NCBI RefSeq assembly: GCF_006345805.1
Contig: NC_043008.1
Span: 11,408,001 to 11,472,000, forward strand
From: Octopus sinensis
Lineage: Eukaryota
Direction of reading: 5' to 3'
DNA length: 64,000 nucleotides
Below, one piece after another: positions 29,861 to 43,839 of the stretch. A program made the position numbers and the translations under genes. The notes beneath the pieces were generated by a model that saw only the letters and a program-made list of their open reading frames with translations, did not search any database and was not told the DNA's origin. Each line of letters begins with the position of its first letter. The stretch's first letter is position 1.

Positions 29861-30459
29861 CAATACTGGCAATACTGACCATAATTGAGCATGAATAAGC
29901 CAAAAGCAATTTGATACCCACCCCCAAAACATTTTTAATTCGTCCTCGTGTTCTTTAAACTTCCAACTAAATGTATTTATGTTAAAAATAATAACCCATA
30001 TTCTCATTCCACTCGTAAAACGGATTACTTCGTCAAGTTCGATTTCATTTTTATTTTAAACTATCTCAGCAATTACATTTTGGTAATAAAATGAGAATTA
30101 AAGTAGTCTAGTTATCGATGATAAATTTGGAGGCTATAATTTGTTTAGAGCACGTACATTGTTGTAATATTCTTTCAAATTTTAGGACAATGCCAGCAAT
30201 CTTAGGGTGGGTGATGGGCGGTTACATCGACCTCAGAATAGATGAGAGGCAAAGTAGACGTCAGCAGAATTTAAACTCAGAACGTCAAGGGTCAGAAAAA
30301 ATACCACGAAGCATGGGGATATGGGTTATTATTTTTAACATAAATATATTTAGTTGGGCTTTTAAAGAACACGAGGACGAATTAAAAAAAAATTTGGGGT
30401 GGGTATCAAATTGCTTTTGGCTTATTCATGCTCAATTATGGTCAGTATTGCCAGCCTTG
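29861..30459. mobile_element. Foldback/MITE with ~145-bp inverted arms and a SINE A fragment inside
   Basis: 29866-30005 is the reverse complement of ~30315-30454 with few differences. No TSD was found. Confidence 0.7.
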
Positions 30460-31159
30460 TGGTAGCGATGCTGCCACTTCACCGCCTTAAATATTTCTAT
30501 AATATAAACACGCGTACGCACACGCACGCATACACACACATACACGCAAACACTCACACACAAACGCATGAGCAAACACTCAGACACAAACGCATGAGCA
30601 TATAAGGATACGCATCATATAAGAACAGAATGAACTAAGCGGAGCCAGAGCACACACGAGGACGGAAAGTGTTGCTGAAGTGGTCGGTGAAGTGTGACGA
30701 AGATTTCCGGACAATGGACATGAGTTAAATTAAGAACAGTTATAAACGAGTGAAGAACGAATATGTTTATTTGGCAAGAAGGAAAAGGAACAAAAATGAC
30801 CAACCCCAAATATAACAATGATTGATGCTTTTTCGCCATATTTTCTAAACGTTTGCAGCTATGAAATATATTCCTGAATATCGAAATATTTCTTGGGATT
30901 TATAGCTTTGTGTTTTTAAACATCAGACTTTAATAGTAGAATTTGACGTCCACTAATTTAATTTTGATTTTAATAATGATGATTAATATCTGTTTCATTA
31001 CCATTAACAGATTTCTTTAAGCCGTACTTATAAAATTCCCATTTCCATTATATATTTCATTCGGCAATATTATTTCCTTGTGTGAAATTTCTTGGTATTA
31101 GTAATTCAATGAAAAATAAATGTGAGAATTTTCTTATATTGTAACATATTATAGTGGTG

Positions 31160-31968
31160 CAGTTGATGCTGCGGCCATGCTGATGCACCGCTGTTTTGCT
31201 ACACTGTTATTACTGAGAACCTCCTCTAATATGTGGCATTTGGTGAAGAATGGAGTTTGATGTTGCTATCCTCATTTGTACCTCTTGCCGTGAGATAGGT
31301 TCATCTGGGACTCTCGACAGGAAGAAGTCCAGCTTTGGGAGTATATTAAAAAGCTGTCGGCCTCTGAAACCGAGGCTGTTGCAGTAACTGGTCCTGAAGC
31401 ACGATGGCGGTGCTGGGATCTTAAATGCCGTCCCGTTCTGGCATTGGTGTAGCTTTCAATGTCAAAAATTGGCACTTCCTTCCAGGATCTTCCAGATGTA
31501 TATTACTGCACACCTCTCCCGCCTTCAGGGAGTACAGTCTTAGCTGTTTCAGCCTTTCCCAGTAGCTGAGCTGTTGCAAAGAGACGATCTTCTTTGTGAA
31601 TCTTCTCTGGATTGCTTCAAGGTCCGCTGTAAACTTCCACACTGGTGGATGACCATAACTGTGAGTAGTAATCCAGGCGGCTGAGGACGAATGGCCTCCA
31701 GAGGACCATCATGGTGTCCTTATCCCTAGTTCTGAAAGTTTTCAGGATCCATCCAGGCAGTGGTCTGCACTTTGTCGCCACCCTCTTGGAAAGAGGTATC
31801 ATTACTCATGTCGATACCCAGGTCCCTTACTGATTTAAGCTCTGGGATCGAAATTCCCTGTGGACCAGTGTACCCTGTAAGTTTCATATGCAGTTTTGGA
31901 CGCTGGTAGCGCAGAGCTCGGAATTTTTCAGCATTAAACTGCATATTATTATCCCGAGTCCAAGACAA
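31160..31968 (-). pseudogene. CR1/L2-group LINE 3' end (post-RT region plus tail), with internal deletions
   Basis: WTRDNNMQFNAEKFRALRY, VRDLGIDMS, GWILKTFRTRD, VLSRLDYYSQLWS, LEAIQRRFTKKI, LSYWERLKQLRLYSL, GRQLFNILPK, LDFFLSRVPDEP. Stop at 31210-31212. Confidence 0.88.
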
Positions 31969-32244
31969 AACAATTAGGAAACTATTCCTATAATATTTTC
32001 CATTACGTTCCCTCGTATGCTACTATATTCATTGTGCCTCCATTTCGGCCTGGAGAAACGTCCAGAAACATTAACGTACGCAGAAGCCATATAATGTATA
32101 AATGTGTGGATACACACTCCCACCCACACAAGTTTTCACAGCATACACGCCCCTCACACACACACACACACACGCACACACACGCACGCACACATACACA
32201 CACACACACACACACACCACACACACACACACACACACCACACC

Positions 32245-32292
<48 letters not shown>

Positions 32293-32527
32293 ATAAGTGT
32301 GTATATGTGGGGGTTTGTTCGATAATCATAAATATATTTCAATATAGAAATGCTATTTACAGTCTTTCTAATTCGTAAACTACCTACTTTGGGCATTGGC
32401 TGAAATCCCGTGTGTATACTTTTCTGTTTGGTTTACCCAAATCGCATGACAAATGAAATAAGAAGAAATTAGTCGATACAGCCTTGTACATCTATAAATT
32501 TTATATGATACATAATACATACATACA

Positions 32528-32588
<61 letters not shown>

Positions 32589-32700
32589 TAATATCGATAT
32601 CTATATATATATACATAATACATACATACCTACATTATATATATTATAATATATACATCATATATTTATATATATACATATATAAATATATGTATGTATG

Positions 32701-32759
<59 letters not shown>

Positions 32760-32760
32760 C

Positions 32761-32797
<37 letters not shown>

Positions 32798-33279
32798 TTA
32801 ATATTATATATATATACATATATACATCTGCAGATGCACACATACACAAGCGTATGAGAGTATAAAATCGATCGAGGATCGTCGCTCTATGCTATGGCGG
32901 TCATGCAAACTCAACATGATATATCAGTGATGAGATAGACGTAGCCATTGTTGCCACAGAGCGGAAATTGAAACCGACTTGCATTTTCTTCTTTCTAATG
33001 ATAAGAAGAAAAGAAATCTATATTTCACTTATAAAATAATCGGGGATAGTTCGGATCTTTAGGATCTTACTTTGATAGCGATCTTTACATTTCTATGGTT
33101 TTGGATAGGACTAATTGAAAAAGTGAAAAGAAATGAATTCTTGCAGTCCTAGCAAATGTCATTTAGAATTACTTGCGTTGGTCGGAAATAAATGTATAGT
33201 CTGTCATGTGAGGCATAAGAAATAAAACTGTTGATCAACTCAGAAATGCAATGATTACATTAATTCAATCGGACATATG

Positions 33280-33322
<43 letters not shown>

Positions 33323-36300
33323 GTAGATAGAAAACAAAACTGAACGTAGGAAATTGGAGGTGCTCTGAGTCGCAAAAAGTTTACAATGATGTTTTTAAAC
33401 ATAGATTGTTTAGTATGCGTATGGGAATAAGATGCTTATGTTTTGTCACTGTTCAACCATCTCACACAATATATATTTCTAACTGAGGGTTCAAATTCTT
33501 TCTCTCTAACTGTACATAATCTTACCCATATGTGCGAAAATATTTATGGTAGAAAATTCCGTTTGCTATAATGCAGATATGACGGTTCCACACAATGACC
33601 GTTCGAGAGGGTGGGCCGTTAAATGATATTGCGAGGATAGTTTAAGATCATGATGCTGAAATAAATACTGTCGATGTAAAGGTTGTTTCGGATAGAAACA
33701 TATTTGGAGCTCATTTGGATCGGTAATTAAAAGGGATAATCCAAACGTCCTTGTTAAGGTTAAACTTCGCAGACTTGTTAGCTGGGTGTGTCAAATTTAG
33801 CTCGGACTTCTGTTTTTATCCGACGGAAGCAAGCATTATATTTGTTTTGTAGTTATCTTTGCTGTTCCTCTTTTACAGTCCCAGCTAAACCTTCATAAAA
33901 ATGGCCTGTGACCAAATGAATGTCATATAAAATTCATATTAAAAAATTCAGTAACCAGAAAGGCCACAGATTTTAGAATAGCACAATATATCATGTCGGG
34001 ATTTTGATTGCCTTTTCTGCCAGCTTGAATGAGCGAGTGTACTTGTGTTCGGATAATTAGGCATCAGGATGAATGTGAATGCAAGGAAATGACATTTCTG
34101 GCGACAAATAATTTTTTAAAAATATAATATCCTTACGAATCTCTTTGCAAGCTACACAAACGAAACTCAACCAACAGACTTTCAGTCACATAATTTTGCA
34201 TTTTACCCTGCTACTACAATTTTATCTTCTATATAGAACTCTCTGGTCCCATGCCATATCCATCCTCAGTGCTCAAATATCACTCCTCGCCCGTTCTGTT
34301 TCCCCACCAGAAATCTACCACGTACAAACCACTACATACATTCCTACCTGCCAACAACTTTAGCACTGTTGGGCTCCCTTCATATTTCATATTTCTCTTC
34401 AGCCATATCATCCCGATTATTCTCACTTCATAAATACTGAAAATGCGCAGCTGCAGTCCTTTTGGCTGAGCAAATGTTAAAAAAAATCTCACAAACAAGC
34501 AAATCTCAAACTGTAAAGAAGGATCCAGTATCTGAAGATTTTGACAGATTTTATCACTATGAAACGGTTGTGTGAGGTGTTGTCATGAATGTGCCAATAT
34601 TTTCATTCTCGACTGGCGATAAAATGAGAAAACATTTGCTCTGCCTGAAAGAAATATTAACTCAATATTATAAAAAGGAGATGCATTTCTTGGTTCCTCA
34701 TTATATTCGTACATTTTAAAACTTCATAATTATTTATATTAAATTGAGGATTATTTTCAAGGGATATTTGTGTCAACCTTCTTTTACGTTTGTATATATT
34801 TATTGCGTGTGTTGTCATGTATGTTTGAGATGTTTAATTAAATTGATATTGATATCTAGTGGTGAGGGTATTAGCTGTTTGTTGCTATGATTTAATTTGT
34901 AGCAATGGAAATTTCCCCAAGTGTATTTATCAAGACAAGTTTATCTTTACAATTGCAAAGTGATTCCTCCGCCAAGGTCACCACACTACAATTCTCAAAA
35001 CCTGTCCTCAATTTGCTCAGCAAAATTGCGCTTTAAATTTTTATATGAAACGCACCCAAAACACGCAATCATAAAAGCAACCACGAAACAGGCGCTGATG
35101 TCAATATGCTTAGATATTCCAACATATAACTATACAAATTTAATTTCGACTCTAATAGTCTGACTTCAAAATATTTTCTTCTCAATAATATAAATATGAA
35201 TACGTTTTAGCATTTGGAATTAAAGAACTTTTCAACGATGCAAAGAACATAGTTTCGGTTTTTTAAATTTACTGCGTTAACGCCTCTTCCTTGAGAAATA
35301 ACCCTCCATTCATAAACAACTGTTTTTTCTGAAATATTCATGTGTTGCCCTCCGTTAAGTATATTAAAACAAAACGGGCAAGATGGCAACAACCTAATCA
35401 AAGATAATTTTAACATATTCATCTCCGAATGAAATATATGTAGTCTGTTGTAAATGGCATGCTGTTTCAAACACACACACACACACACACACAAACACTA
35501 AACACACACATATGTACTTTACCCGGTGCAATTGAAGTGTTAGGCAAGAGATGTAATCTGATAAATTAAGAGAAAGGTAAGATACTGTTTCACCTCAAGT
35601 CGGTTGTTTAATATTTCTATTATAATTCGGGAAAGCTTCCCCTTATCAAATATAAGCTGTTAAGTAATGCAACTTCTCAGATAAAAAGCGTTTTGATCGT
35701 CAGTTTATTCTGGCGTGTTTTCACGCTACTCTTAGACACCATATTACTCCACAGTTTCATTTCAAACTAGAGAATACATATAATATTTCAGCCGCTGCAA
35801 TCGCTTCTTTCTACTCAGAAAATTCTGTATTTTTTGGTTTACTTGCAGACAAAACACAAATGTTTTGTTCGTATAATTTTATAGATATATGAATTGGGTT
35901 AATCCCTTACTTTACAAGATACCACTTAATATATTTCGAAATGTATATGGGTCCTATATGCCAGTATTTGTGGCAAATATTACCTGTCAGATTTTAGCTA
36001 GAGTATTGTAAATTAGTAATTGTCTTTCCTTTTTCCATTGTCTTCTTCATTTACTTTCGAAATATCAAACTTATATCTAATTAATTATTAATGAGATAGA
36101 GATTACTTTTGTCATACAGCTCTGTTTTAAGTATTAATCTAATACCTCTACAACATTACTTCCTAATATTCTTTTTCATTTGTGTGTGTTTCGCATTATT
36201 TGTGCCATTAAATCCTCCTAAGTATAAGCAACTCTGTTGAATCTCGCACGATATTAGTGTTACTAATATTTCTACCTTCAAGGTTTGTTTAAGGCATTTG

Positions 36301-36570
36301 TTTTTAAAACGAATCACATTTCACTTTCTAAAGTAAATCTGTGAGGTGCTTCTAGCAATAATTCTAGCTGTAAATACATGAATCGAGGCCGACCATGAAC
36401 AGATGAAGCCTAATGTGTTACCATAGAAACTGTCTCCGTGATCGGTTCTGTTTAATATGTTGGTTAAATCGTAGCATCATCAAACAATAAAATATTCGGG
36501 AGAGGGAGTTACGTTGAAATATTTCTCTGAAAATCAAGAATGAGTTGGAATTTTCACTCACAATTCCTTC

Positions 36571-36952
36571 ACGCCGGGCGAAATTCTTCGCAGTATTTCG
36601 TCTGCCGTTACGTTCTGTGTTCAAATTCCGCCGAGGTCGACTTTGCCTTTCATCCTTTAGGGTTCAATTAAATAAGTACCAGTTACGCACTGGGGTCGAT
36701 ATAATCGACTTAATCCGTTTGTCTGTCCTTGTTTGTCCTCTCTGTGCTTAGCCCTTGTGGGTAACAATGAAATAGTTATTTCGTCTGCCGTTACGTTCTG
36801 AGTTCAAATTCCGCCGAGGTCGACTTTGCCTTTCATCCTTTCGGAGTCGATAAATTAAGTGCCAGTTACGCACTGGGGTCAATGTAATCGACTTAATCCA
36901 TTTGTCTGTCCTTGTGTGTCCCCTTTATGTGTAGCCCCTTATGGGCAATAAA
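36571..36952 (+). mobile_element. SINE family A, dimeric body
   Basis: A partial head followed by two units starting tatttcgtctgccg. Confidence 0.85.
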
Positions 36953-37164
36953 TAATTAAAGAATTAAATATAATTCCTTCAATTATATATCCAAATGTTT
37001 GGCGTGCAATGACGTATCTGTTTATTACTGGTGCTATCGCATTCGTAATTTTTCCATGTAAGGGACACTGTCACAAACCATTTGGTTTTCAAATCCATGC
37101 GACAAGTAAACCCATTTGTCCTCATTTTACAGTCTTCAATATGGATCGATTCAAATTTTGGCAC

Positions 37165-37330
37165 AAGACCAGAAATCTTCAGTTACTTTGCCGATTCTTA
37201 TTTTATCGACCATGAAAGAATGAAAGGTAAAGTCGCCTCAGCGGGATTTGAACTCAGAACGGAACGTAAACATAGGCGAAACGCCGATAACCATTTTCCC
37301 GGTGCACTACCGATTCCACCTGTTCGCAGC
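37165..37330 (-). mobile_element. Diverged SINE A
   Basis: tttatcgaccatgaaagaatgaaaggtaaagtcgcc...atttgaactcagaac. Confidence 0.6.
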
Positions 37331-37779
37331 TTGATCTATCAGTAATATTGATATTTACTTTCATAAGAACACTCAAAATACCAGTTTTATTCGTTTCTAA
37401 ACAAACTTCTTTTTGCCTCCAGTAGTTTATGCTCAGCAAAATTATTTCAGTTGAGGCATTTGTGTGCGGTTCAAATGCGGGTCATAGATCAGTTGGTGTT
37501 ATAGTTTGCTGTTTCTTGAATGTTAGAAATTAAGATATCTTTCTTCTCAATAAACCATTCAAGTATTGCACTCTGCTTATTCTGTTTATTCTGCTCTGTT
37601 GGTATCAGAATAAATACCTTTGCCAAAAACGTGTGTGTCCTACCTACATATTACCTCCACTAGAAATTTTATACCCCACTTTGTCTTTCTGACCTCTTGC
37701 CGTTTGATTTATGTATCACTCATTTTCAGCTTATTCTGTTGCGGTGGCCACAACACTGTGTGTATTACTGTTAGATTGC

Positions 37780-38070
37780 ACTCATGCTGATTATTCTATC
37801 ATCCATTGTCGTTCCTAAAATGCTTTCTACTTTGATTTCTTGTTGTGAATGATGTCATGATAACTATTTTATTTTTTACCAAGTTCTTGATAAAATCGCT
37901 TCGGTCTGGAGTCTGTAATATTTTATTTGTTCAAAGAACTGTTTTTGCTCTTTATTTTCGTTAGATTTTTATTTGTTATATAATATTTCTGTTGTATTTG
38001 ATTCTTCCTTTTTTCTCATCTGCATAAGTTTGTTATTGAGTTCAATAAGAATCTAAATATATTGCTATTT
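37780..38070 (-). mobile_element. Probable decayed R4/Dong-clade LINE fragment
   Basis: Minus-strand RPKRFYQELGKK at ~37872-37907, preceded by a K/R-rich stretch. This resembles the motif N-terminal to R4/Dong RT. Confidence 0.4.
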
Positions 38071-38362
38071 ACTATTTTATCAGTATAATTGATTTCCATC
38101 TTGTTTGCCGCTGTTTTGGTATGCCTACATGACCAAGTCAGAGAGCTACTAGTCGCGGCATGTATAATTTACTTTAGACTTGCAATATTAATGTTTGTGT
38201 ATTTCAAATGTATTGTGGGCTGCGTTTACGATCGTATTTTATTGTTAATGCTAATTCATTATAGAACGATGTACATGGAATATATTATCATTTGTCCATA
38301 GAAAAAAAAGCTGGAATCATTAATACTTCTATAATTATTACCAAAGTTAGAATGTCATGACA

Positions 38363-39151
38363 TAAGGTGGCGAGCTGGCAGAAACGTTAGCACTCCGGGC
38401 GAAATGCTTAGCAGTATTTCGTCTGTCGCTATGTTCTGAGTTCAAATTCCGCCGAGGTTGACTTTGCCTTTTATCCTTTCGGGGTCGATTAAATAAGTAC
38501 CAGTTAGGCACTGGGGTCGATATAATCGACTTAATCCGTTTGTCTGTCCTTGTTTGTCCTCTCTGTGTTTAGCCCCTTGTGGGTAATAAAGAAATAGGTA
38601 TTTCGTCTGCCGTTACGTTCTGAGTTCAAATTCCGCCGAGGTTGACTTTGCCTTTCATCCTTTCGGGGTCGATTAAATAAGTACCAGTTAGGCACTGGGG
38701 TCGATATAATCGACTTAATCCGTTTGTCTGTCCTTGTTTGTCCTCTCTGTGTTTAGCCCCTTGTAGGTAATAAAGAAATAGGTATTTCGTCTGCCGTTAC
38801 GTTCTGAGTTCAAATTCCGCCGAGGTTGACTTTGCCTTTCATCCTTTCGGGGTCGATTAAATAAGTACCAGTTAGGCACTGGGGTCGATATAATCGACTT
38901 AATCCGTTTGTCTGTCCTTGTTTGTCCTCTCTGTGTTTAGCCCCTTGTGGGTAATAAAGAAATAGGTATTTCGTCTGCCGTTACGTTCTGAGTTCAAATT
39001 CCGCCGAGGTTGACTTTGCCTTTCATCCTTTCGGGGTCGATTAAATAAGTACCAGTTAGGCACTGGGGTCGATATAATCGACTTAATCCGTTTGTCTGTC
39101 CTTGTTTGTCCTCTCTGTGTTTAGCCCCTTGTGTGTAGTAAAAGAATAGAT
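38363..39151 (+). mobile_element. SINE family A with one head and four tandem 184-bp bodies, TSD-flanked
   Basis: Units start at 38415, 38599, 38783 and 38967. tgtcatgaca lies at 38353-38362 and 39152-39161. Confidence 0.92.
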
Positions 39152-40769
39152 TGTCATGACACTCTTCTCGAAGTGAAACAAACAGATAGGGAGTCGTTAA
39201 AGGGGAAAAAGAAGAGATCTTCCTCCAGATCCAGCCGAAAGAAGTGGAACCGATCCCTAATTTTATTCATCTCCTCTAAGGTGTGGGGTTGTACTTGAGG
39301 GCAGAAGGCCATGATGCCAATTGCGTGGCACGGATGGCCACTTCAAAGTTTCCCTTCTCGAACAAAATGAAGTGCATTAACGCAGCTAAATGGAAGATTG
39401 AGATGAGCCCTATCGTCAATATAATCCATTATATCATTAGCCCAAAATTTCAGGTCCGTTGCTTAAAAGTAGAAAGAATCACTATAAATAACCTAAAGGC
39501 AACAAACTGGGAGACACATTAATAAGTCGGACAACATCCTTACAGGTAGAAATCTTCTACTTCTTTACGTTCAGGCTTTCAAGTTTGTCAAGGTAGTCGT
39601 AGTCTTTCCTGCTTCCTGGTTGATAAAATAGTAACATTTGAACACTGGTGTCGATGTTAAGGATTTCTCACTGCTGTAAAAATTGTTGCTCTTGTCCCAA
39701 ATTTCAAACAATGATTATGAATATTATCGCAAATGGTAGTTCAAACAGTTGCAGTGATGGTGATGGTAAGCATTGTTGTTGTTGCTGGAATATTTATTCG
39801 TTAGTCGTTTCTTTATATGCTTTTTTGAAAGTTCTGTGCTCGTGAAAGATTTCATTTCAATAGCGAAAAAAACTGAATTCAGAAGTTCTGTTTCTGTTTT
39901 GATCAACTTAATCTTACACCAAGTTTCCACCCTGTTTTGTTTAAATAATATTTACTTCTTGTAGAGTTGGCATGTAGCCTGCAGTATGGCGGGATTTGAC
40001 AAAGAAAAATTTGGTAGCAATGAAATCGTGATCGCAATAGTTTAATTATAGCACAGAACTGCGACAATAATTGGCACTAAGTCTGCTGTTAACAGTAACA
40101 ATAGGAAAAGTATCTGCCATAAAGCGTAAAGTGTAAGAAAATATGTTGCTGAAGTTAAAATAAATCATTACCAAGAAAACAGAATTACTTGTAACAACAG
40201 CTGCGCTTCCAAGAAAAAAGAAACTAGACAATCTTCTAAATTATTGAAGAACAAGAACGAGAATGTTGGAACCAAAATCAGTGTGTATAATGTATCAGTC
40301 GACGAGAAAGATATGGCAACGAAAAATCCCTCATTATAACAAAAACAAAGATAATAAATTCGCATAATGTTTCGATATTACTAATTATATTGTTGGTGGA
40401 TATTTTCCGTGTAAATTGCTTCGCTTGTTCAATTCTGCCTTCAAAAATCACCTTCACTTTTTGTCTCGCATTTATTATCTCGATACGCCTTGGAACATTC
40501 TTGCTACCACAAGACTGGGGAAACATATTCACTGTTCTTAAGTGACAAAAACGATATCCCAGTTTTATCACTTCCAGTCATTCTCAGAGATATTACTACA
40601 TTGTTATATTGGTTTCAGGTTTTGGCAAAAGTCCAGCAGATTAGGAGTGGAGACAAGTCGGTTACATCGACATCGACCTCGATGTGTGTGTTCGTATGTA
40701 TGAATAAATGTATGTATGCATGTATGTATGTATGTGTGTGTGTATGATTGTATGTATGTATGTATGTAA

Positions 40770-40960
40770 CGGGAAAGTTTACGAAAATAAGCAAAAGACG
40801 AAGGCAGGTGGAGTACAAACAAATGTTATTAGTATAGCGCTCAGGAATAGAAATAGAAAAAGTCTTTTACGTTTCGAGCCTACGCTCTTCGATAGAAAGA
40901 TACACAGAAAAATAAAACAAGGAGAGAAAAAAATGCGTGTAGGAGCTAACGATCTATCAT
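40770..40960 (-). mobile_element. Hammerhead-bearing short repeat, subfamily H2
   Basis: Homologous to 53735-53910. Embedded in (TATG)n. Confidence 0.75.
40864..40899 (-). ncRNA. Degenerate minimal hammerhead motif
   Basis: CUUU-CUAUCGA-A-GAGC(GUAG)GCUC-GAAAC-GUA-AAAG. The stems are intact but G5 and A6 of the core are mutated. Confidence 0.55.
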
Positions 40961-41535
40961 GGTATGTATGTATGTATGTATGTATTTGTGTAAGTAAGTA
41001 TTTATCAGTAGGACAATCTAAATGTACTTTGGTGTATATATGTATATCATAGAAGGTCTAGCATGCGTATATACAGCTGAAAAAATATTTATGTAATATA
41101 GCGTGAGAATTTTAATTTCATTTTAATGTATTAATTTATTTAAATTTCTTATATGATTATTTACCATATGTATTTGGAATCTGTCCTTCGATTTATGGTT
41201 TTCTTCGATGTTACAATAGGATGAATTTATACTAAATTTATTTTTTTCATTGCATACTTAAGACCGTTAGTTGAAAGGACCAATGAAACAAAACCATTTT
41301 CAAATTGTGTCCTTTCAACTAATTTTATTTTGTTTTTGTTTGATTATATTGTCATTTCTGTTCCATTCTAACAAAACTGTTCGACGAACGGGAACCTGAA
41401 ACTTTGAGTAACAGCTTTTGTGATGTTTCTGCTACTTTTAAATAAAGCATTTTACTCTACCTCTGGTATTTGAGTACTCTTTTTTCCACCTTGTTTCACA
41501 TTTATGCGCTTACTGCGATATATATATATATATAT

Positions 41536-41752
41536 AAAGTTAATCCAAACATGAAAGCAAAAAAAAAAACACAACAACGCGAGGACGTGGAACAAATATA
41601 GTATTATTGGGTGCTCAGGAAAGAAGGAAAGAACGAGGGTTTTACGTTTCGAGCTGAGCTCTTCGCCGGAAACATAGGAGAAGGAAAGATCCAGAGAAGG
41701 GAAGACAGGAAAAAGAATTGCCAACGGTACACACGCGGTCACATTTTGCATA
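41536..41752 (-). mobile_element. Hammerhead-bearing short repeat, subfamily H1
   Basis: Homologous to 733-946. (TA)n on both sides. Confidence 0.75.
41639..41673 (-). ncRNA. Variant minimal hammerhead motif
   Basis: GUUU-CCGGCGA-A-GAGC(UCA)GCUC-GAAAC-GUA-AAAC. Stems I and II are intact, with U4>C and A6>G in the core. Confidence 0.6.
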
Positions 41753-41756
41753 TATA

Positions 41757-41794
<38 letters not shown>

Positions 41795-41796
<2 letters not shown>

Positions 41797-41900
41797 GGTT
41801 CCTTTCAGTTTCTCTCTACCAAATTCACTCACTCAGCTTAGTTTGGTCAGGGGCTATAGTACGAGACACTTAACTAAACTTCCACATTTCCACGCAGTGT
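41795..41900 (-). mobile_element. SINE B fragment
   Basis: ctttcagtttctctctaccaaattcactc...ccacgcagtgtgactcaacc. Confidence 0.55.
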
Positions 41901-42566
41901 GACTCAACCTGGTGCCTAAAACGATTGTGTTCCCATCCCGGCCGCTCGAGTGAAAACCAAGAACCACTAAACCGCATTAAAATAATGAAATTGCTATCAC
42001 ATGCCAATGGTTACAAGCAGTTAATACAGATTTCTATTAATGATATTTCTCATATCGCATCGAGTTTTAAGTTTTTAGCTTGTGACTCATAGAGTCATAA
42101 GCCATAAGATACTTTCGAGTTGATAAAAGAAAGGCCAAAAAGCTATCTGCGAATCTTGAGCCATCAGTATACCATATCACAGACAGCCGTTTAGAAATAA
42201 TTTCAGAACAAATAATTCTTGTTTTAGTAACTTTTACTGTTGCTGTTTTCCTTTCTTTTTTTTTTTCTGGTTATTGTGGTTCGACTTAGCTCATCCCTAA
42301 TAATAGCAACCGATGATAAAATCAAATCAACAACGACCATCTCATCATTTGATAGTTTACTTTGGACTATAAAATCTAATATGTTTTTCCCTTATTTCTA
42401 TAGCTTCTGTGGTGTGATTAAAGCGAGATTTTCTCCAGACTTCTAGCGACAGAACACGAAGAAACGCCCACCTGTCATTGGCTGGTTTTCATTTAAAGTT
42501 ATCTTCTACTTATACATACATAAGTACACATACACTCACTCACACACACACATACATACAAACATG

Positions 42567-42671
<105 letters not shown>

Positions 42672-42674
42672 CTA

Positions 42675-42704
<30 letters not shown>

Positions 42705-42713
<9 letters not shown>

Positions 42714-42785
42714 TTTTATTCTTTTACTTCTTTCAGTCATTTGACTGCGGCCATGCTGGAGCACTGCCTTTATATACGTCGACCA
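42705..42785 (-). mobile_element. SINE B (or partner LINE) 3' tail only
   Basis: tttcagtcatttgactgcggccatgctggagcactgcc. Confidence 0.7.
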
Positions 42786-43304
42786 CAGGAATTAACTGAT
42801 ACTTTGTTGTGTCAATTCCAAAATAAAAATAAAAATATTAAAGATTGAACTCAGAACTTTGAGACGGGAGAAATAGAAAAAGAAAAACAAAAAAAAAAAC
42901 ACACGAAAATCAAAAAGCATTTTCTACGCCGTCACAATTCCACCAACTTGCCAATTTGGTTACAAATCAAATCGGAATAAAGAGAGGATAACCATAATTC
43001 TTGATAATATATATATTGACATGTGGCTTCAGACAAATGAGCTCGTAAACTATACATGTCTGCAGAATTGAACACATATTTCAATTCATGAGTTTTTATT
43101 CTATCCTTCTGAATAAAACAACGAAACGACTGCTTCATGGGGAGCGGAGACTGAATTTCTGAAACAAAGTATGTCTCTTTAAACAGAGTGTGTCTATTTA
43201 GATGAAATTTTCCATATATCCCGCGAGAAATAATTTTTCTATTGAATAAACCAGTCATAAATGAAAACTAACCGTTTACCGAGATTTATGTCTCAACTGT
43301 AAGA

Positions 43305-43490
43305 CATAGCGCAATCGGTTTGCGCATTTGGCTGTTAACCGAAAGGATGGTAGTTCGAGCACACCCAAACAACAGTTGGTATTTAAACACTGATTCCGAG
43401 TACAGTCCCTCTGCGTGTCACCTTGGTTCAGTGTCGGGAAGAACAAAGCCTTGTGAGTCGATTTGGTAGACAGAAACTGAAAGTAGTCTG
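43305..43490 (+). mobile_element. Diverged tRNA-head SINE with B-type body
   Basis: atagcgcaatcggtttgcgcatttggctgttaaccgaaagg...aaagccttgtgagtcgatttggtagacagaaactgaaag. Confidence 0.55.
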
Positions 43491-43521
43491 TCTGTCACCT
43501 TTTACGATTTTGTTCCATTTT

Positions 43522-43552
<31 letters not shown>

Positions 43553-43753
43553 GATATATATATATATATCTATATAAAATTTATATCTAATGTAGGATAA
43601 CATTTTTTCGGAAAAACTTTTTTTATCAATGGCCAGTATATAAAAAAAAATGGTTACAAATGGACACTATGTCCAATTTTCGGCATATTTGGCATTAGAA
43701 ATTTTTTCGTTTGCCCTTATTTATAAGTTGTATATATACATATATATATATAT

Positions 43754-43839
<86 letters not shown>

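Noticed and set aside
38363-39151. CRISPR-like array
   Set aside because: The units are contiguous 184-bp SINE bodies with no unique spacers, in a eukaryotic context with no cas genes.
39980-40340. Protein-like plus-strand stretches (MAGFDKEKFG..., RKYVAEVKINH...)
   Set aside because: Short, interrupted by stops and without a recognisable domain.
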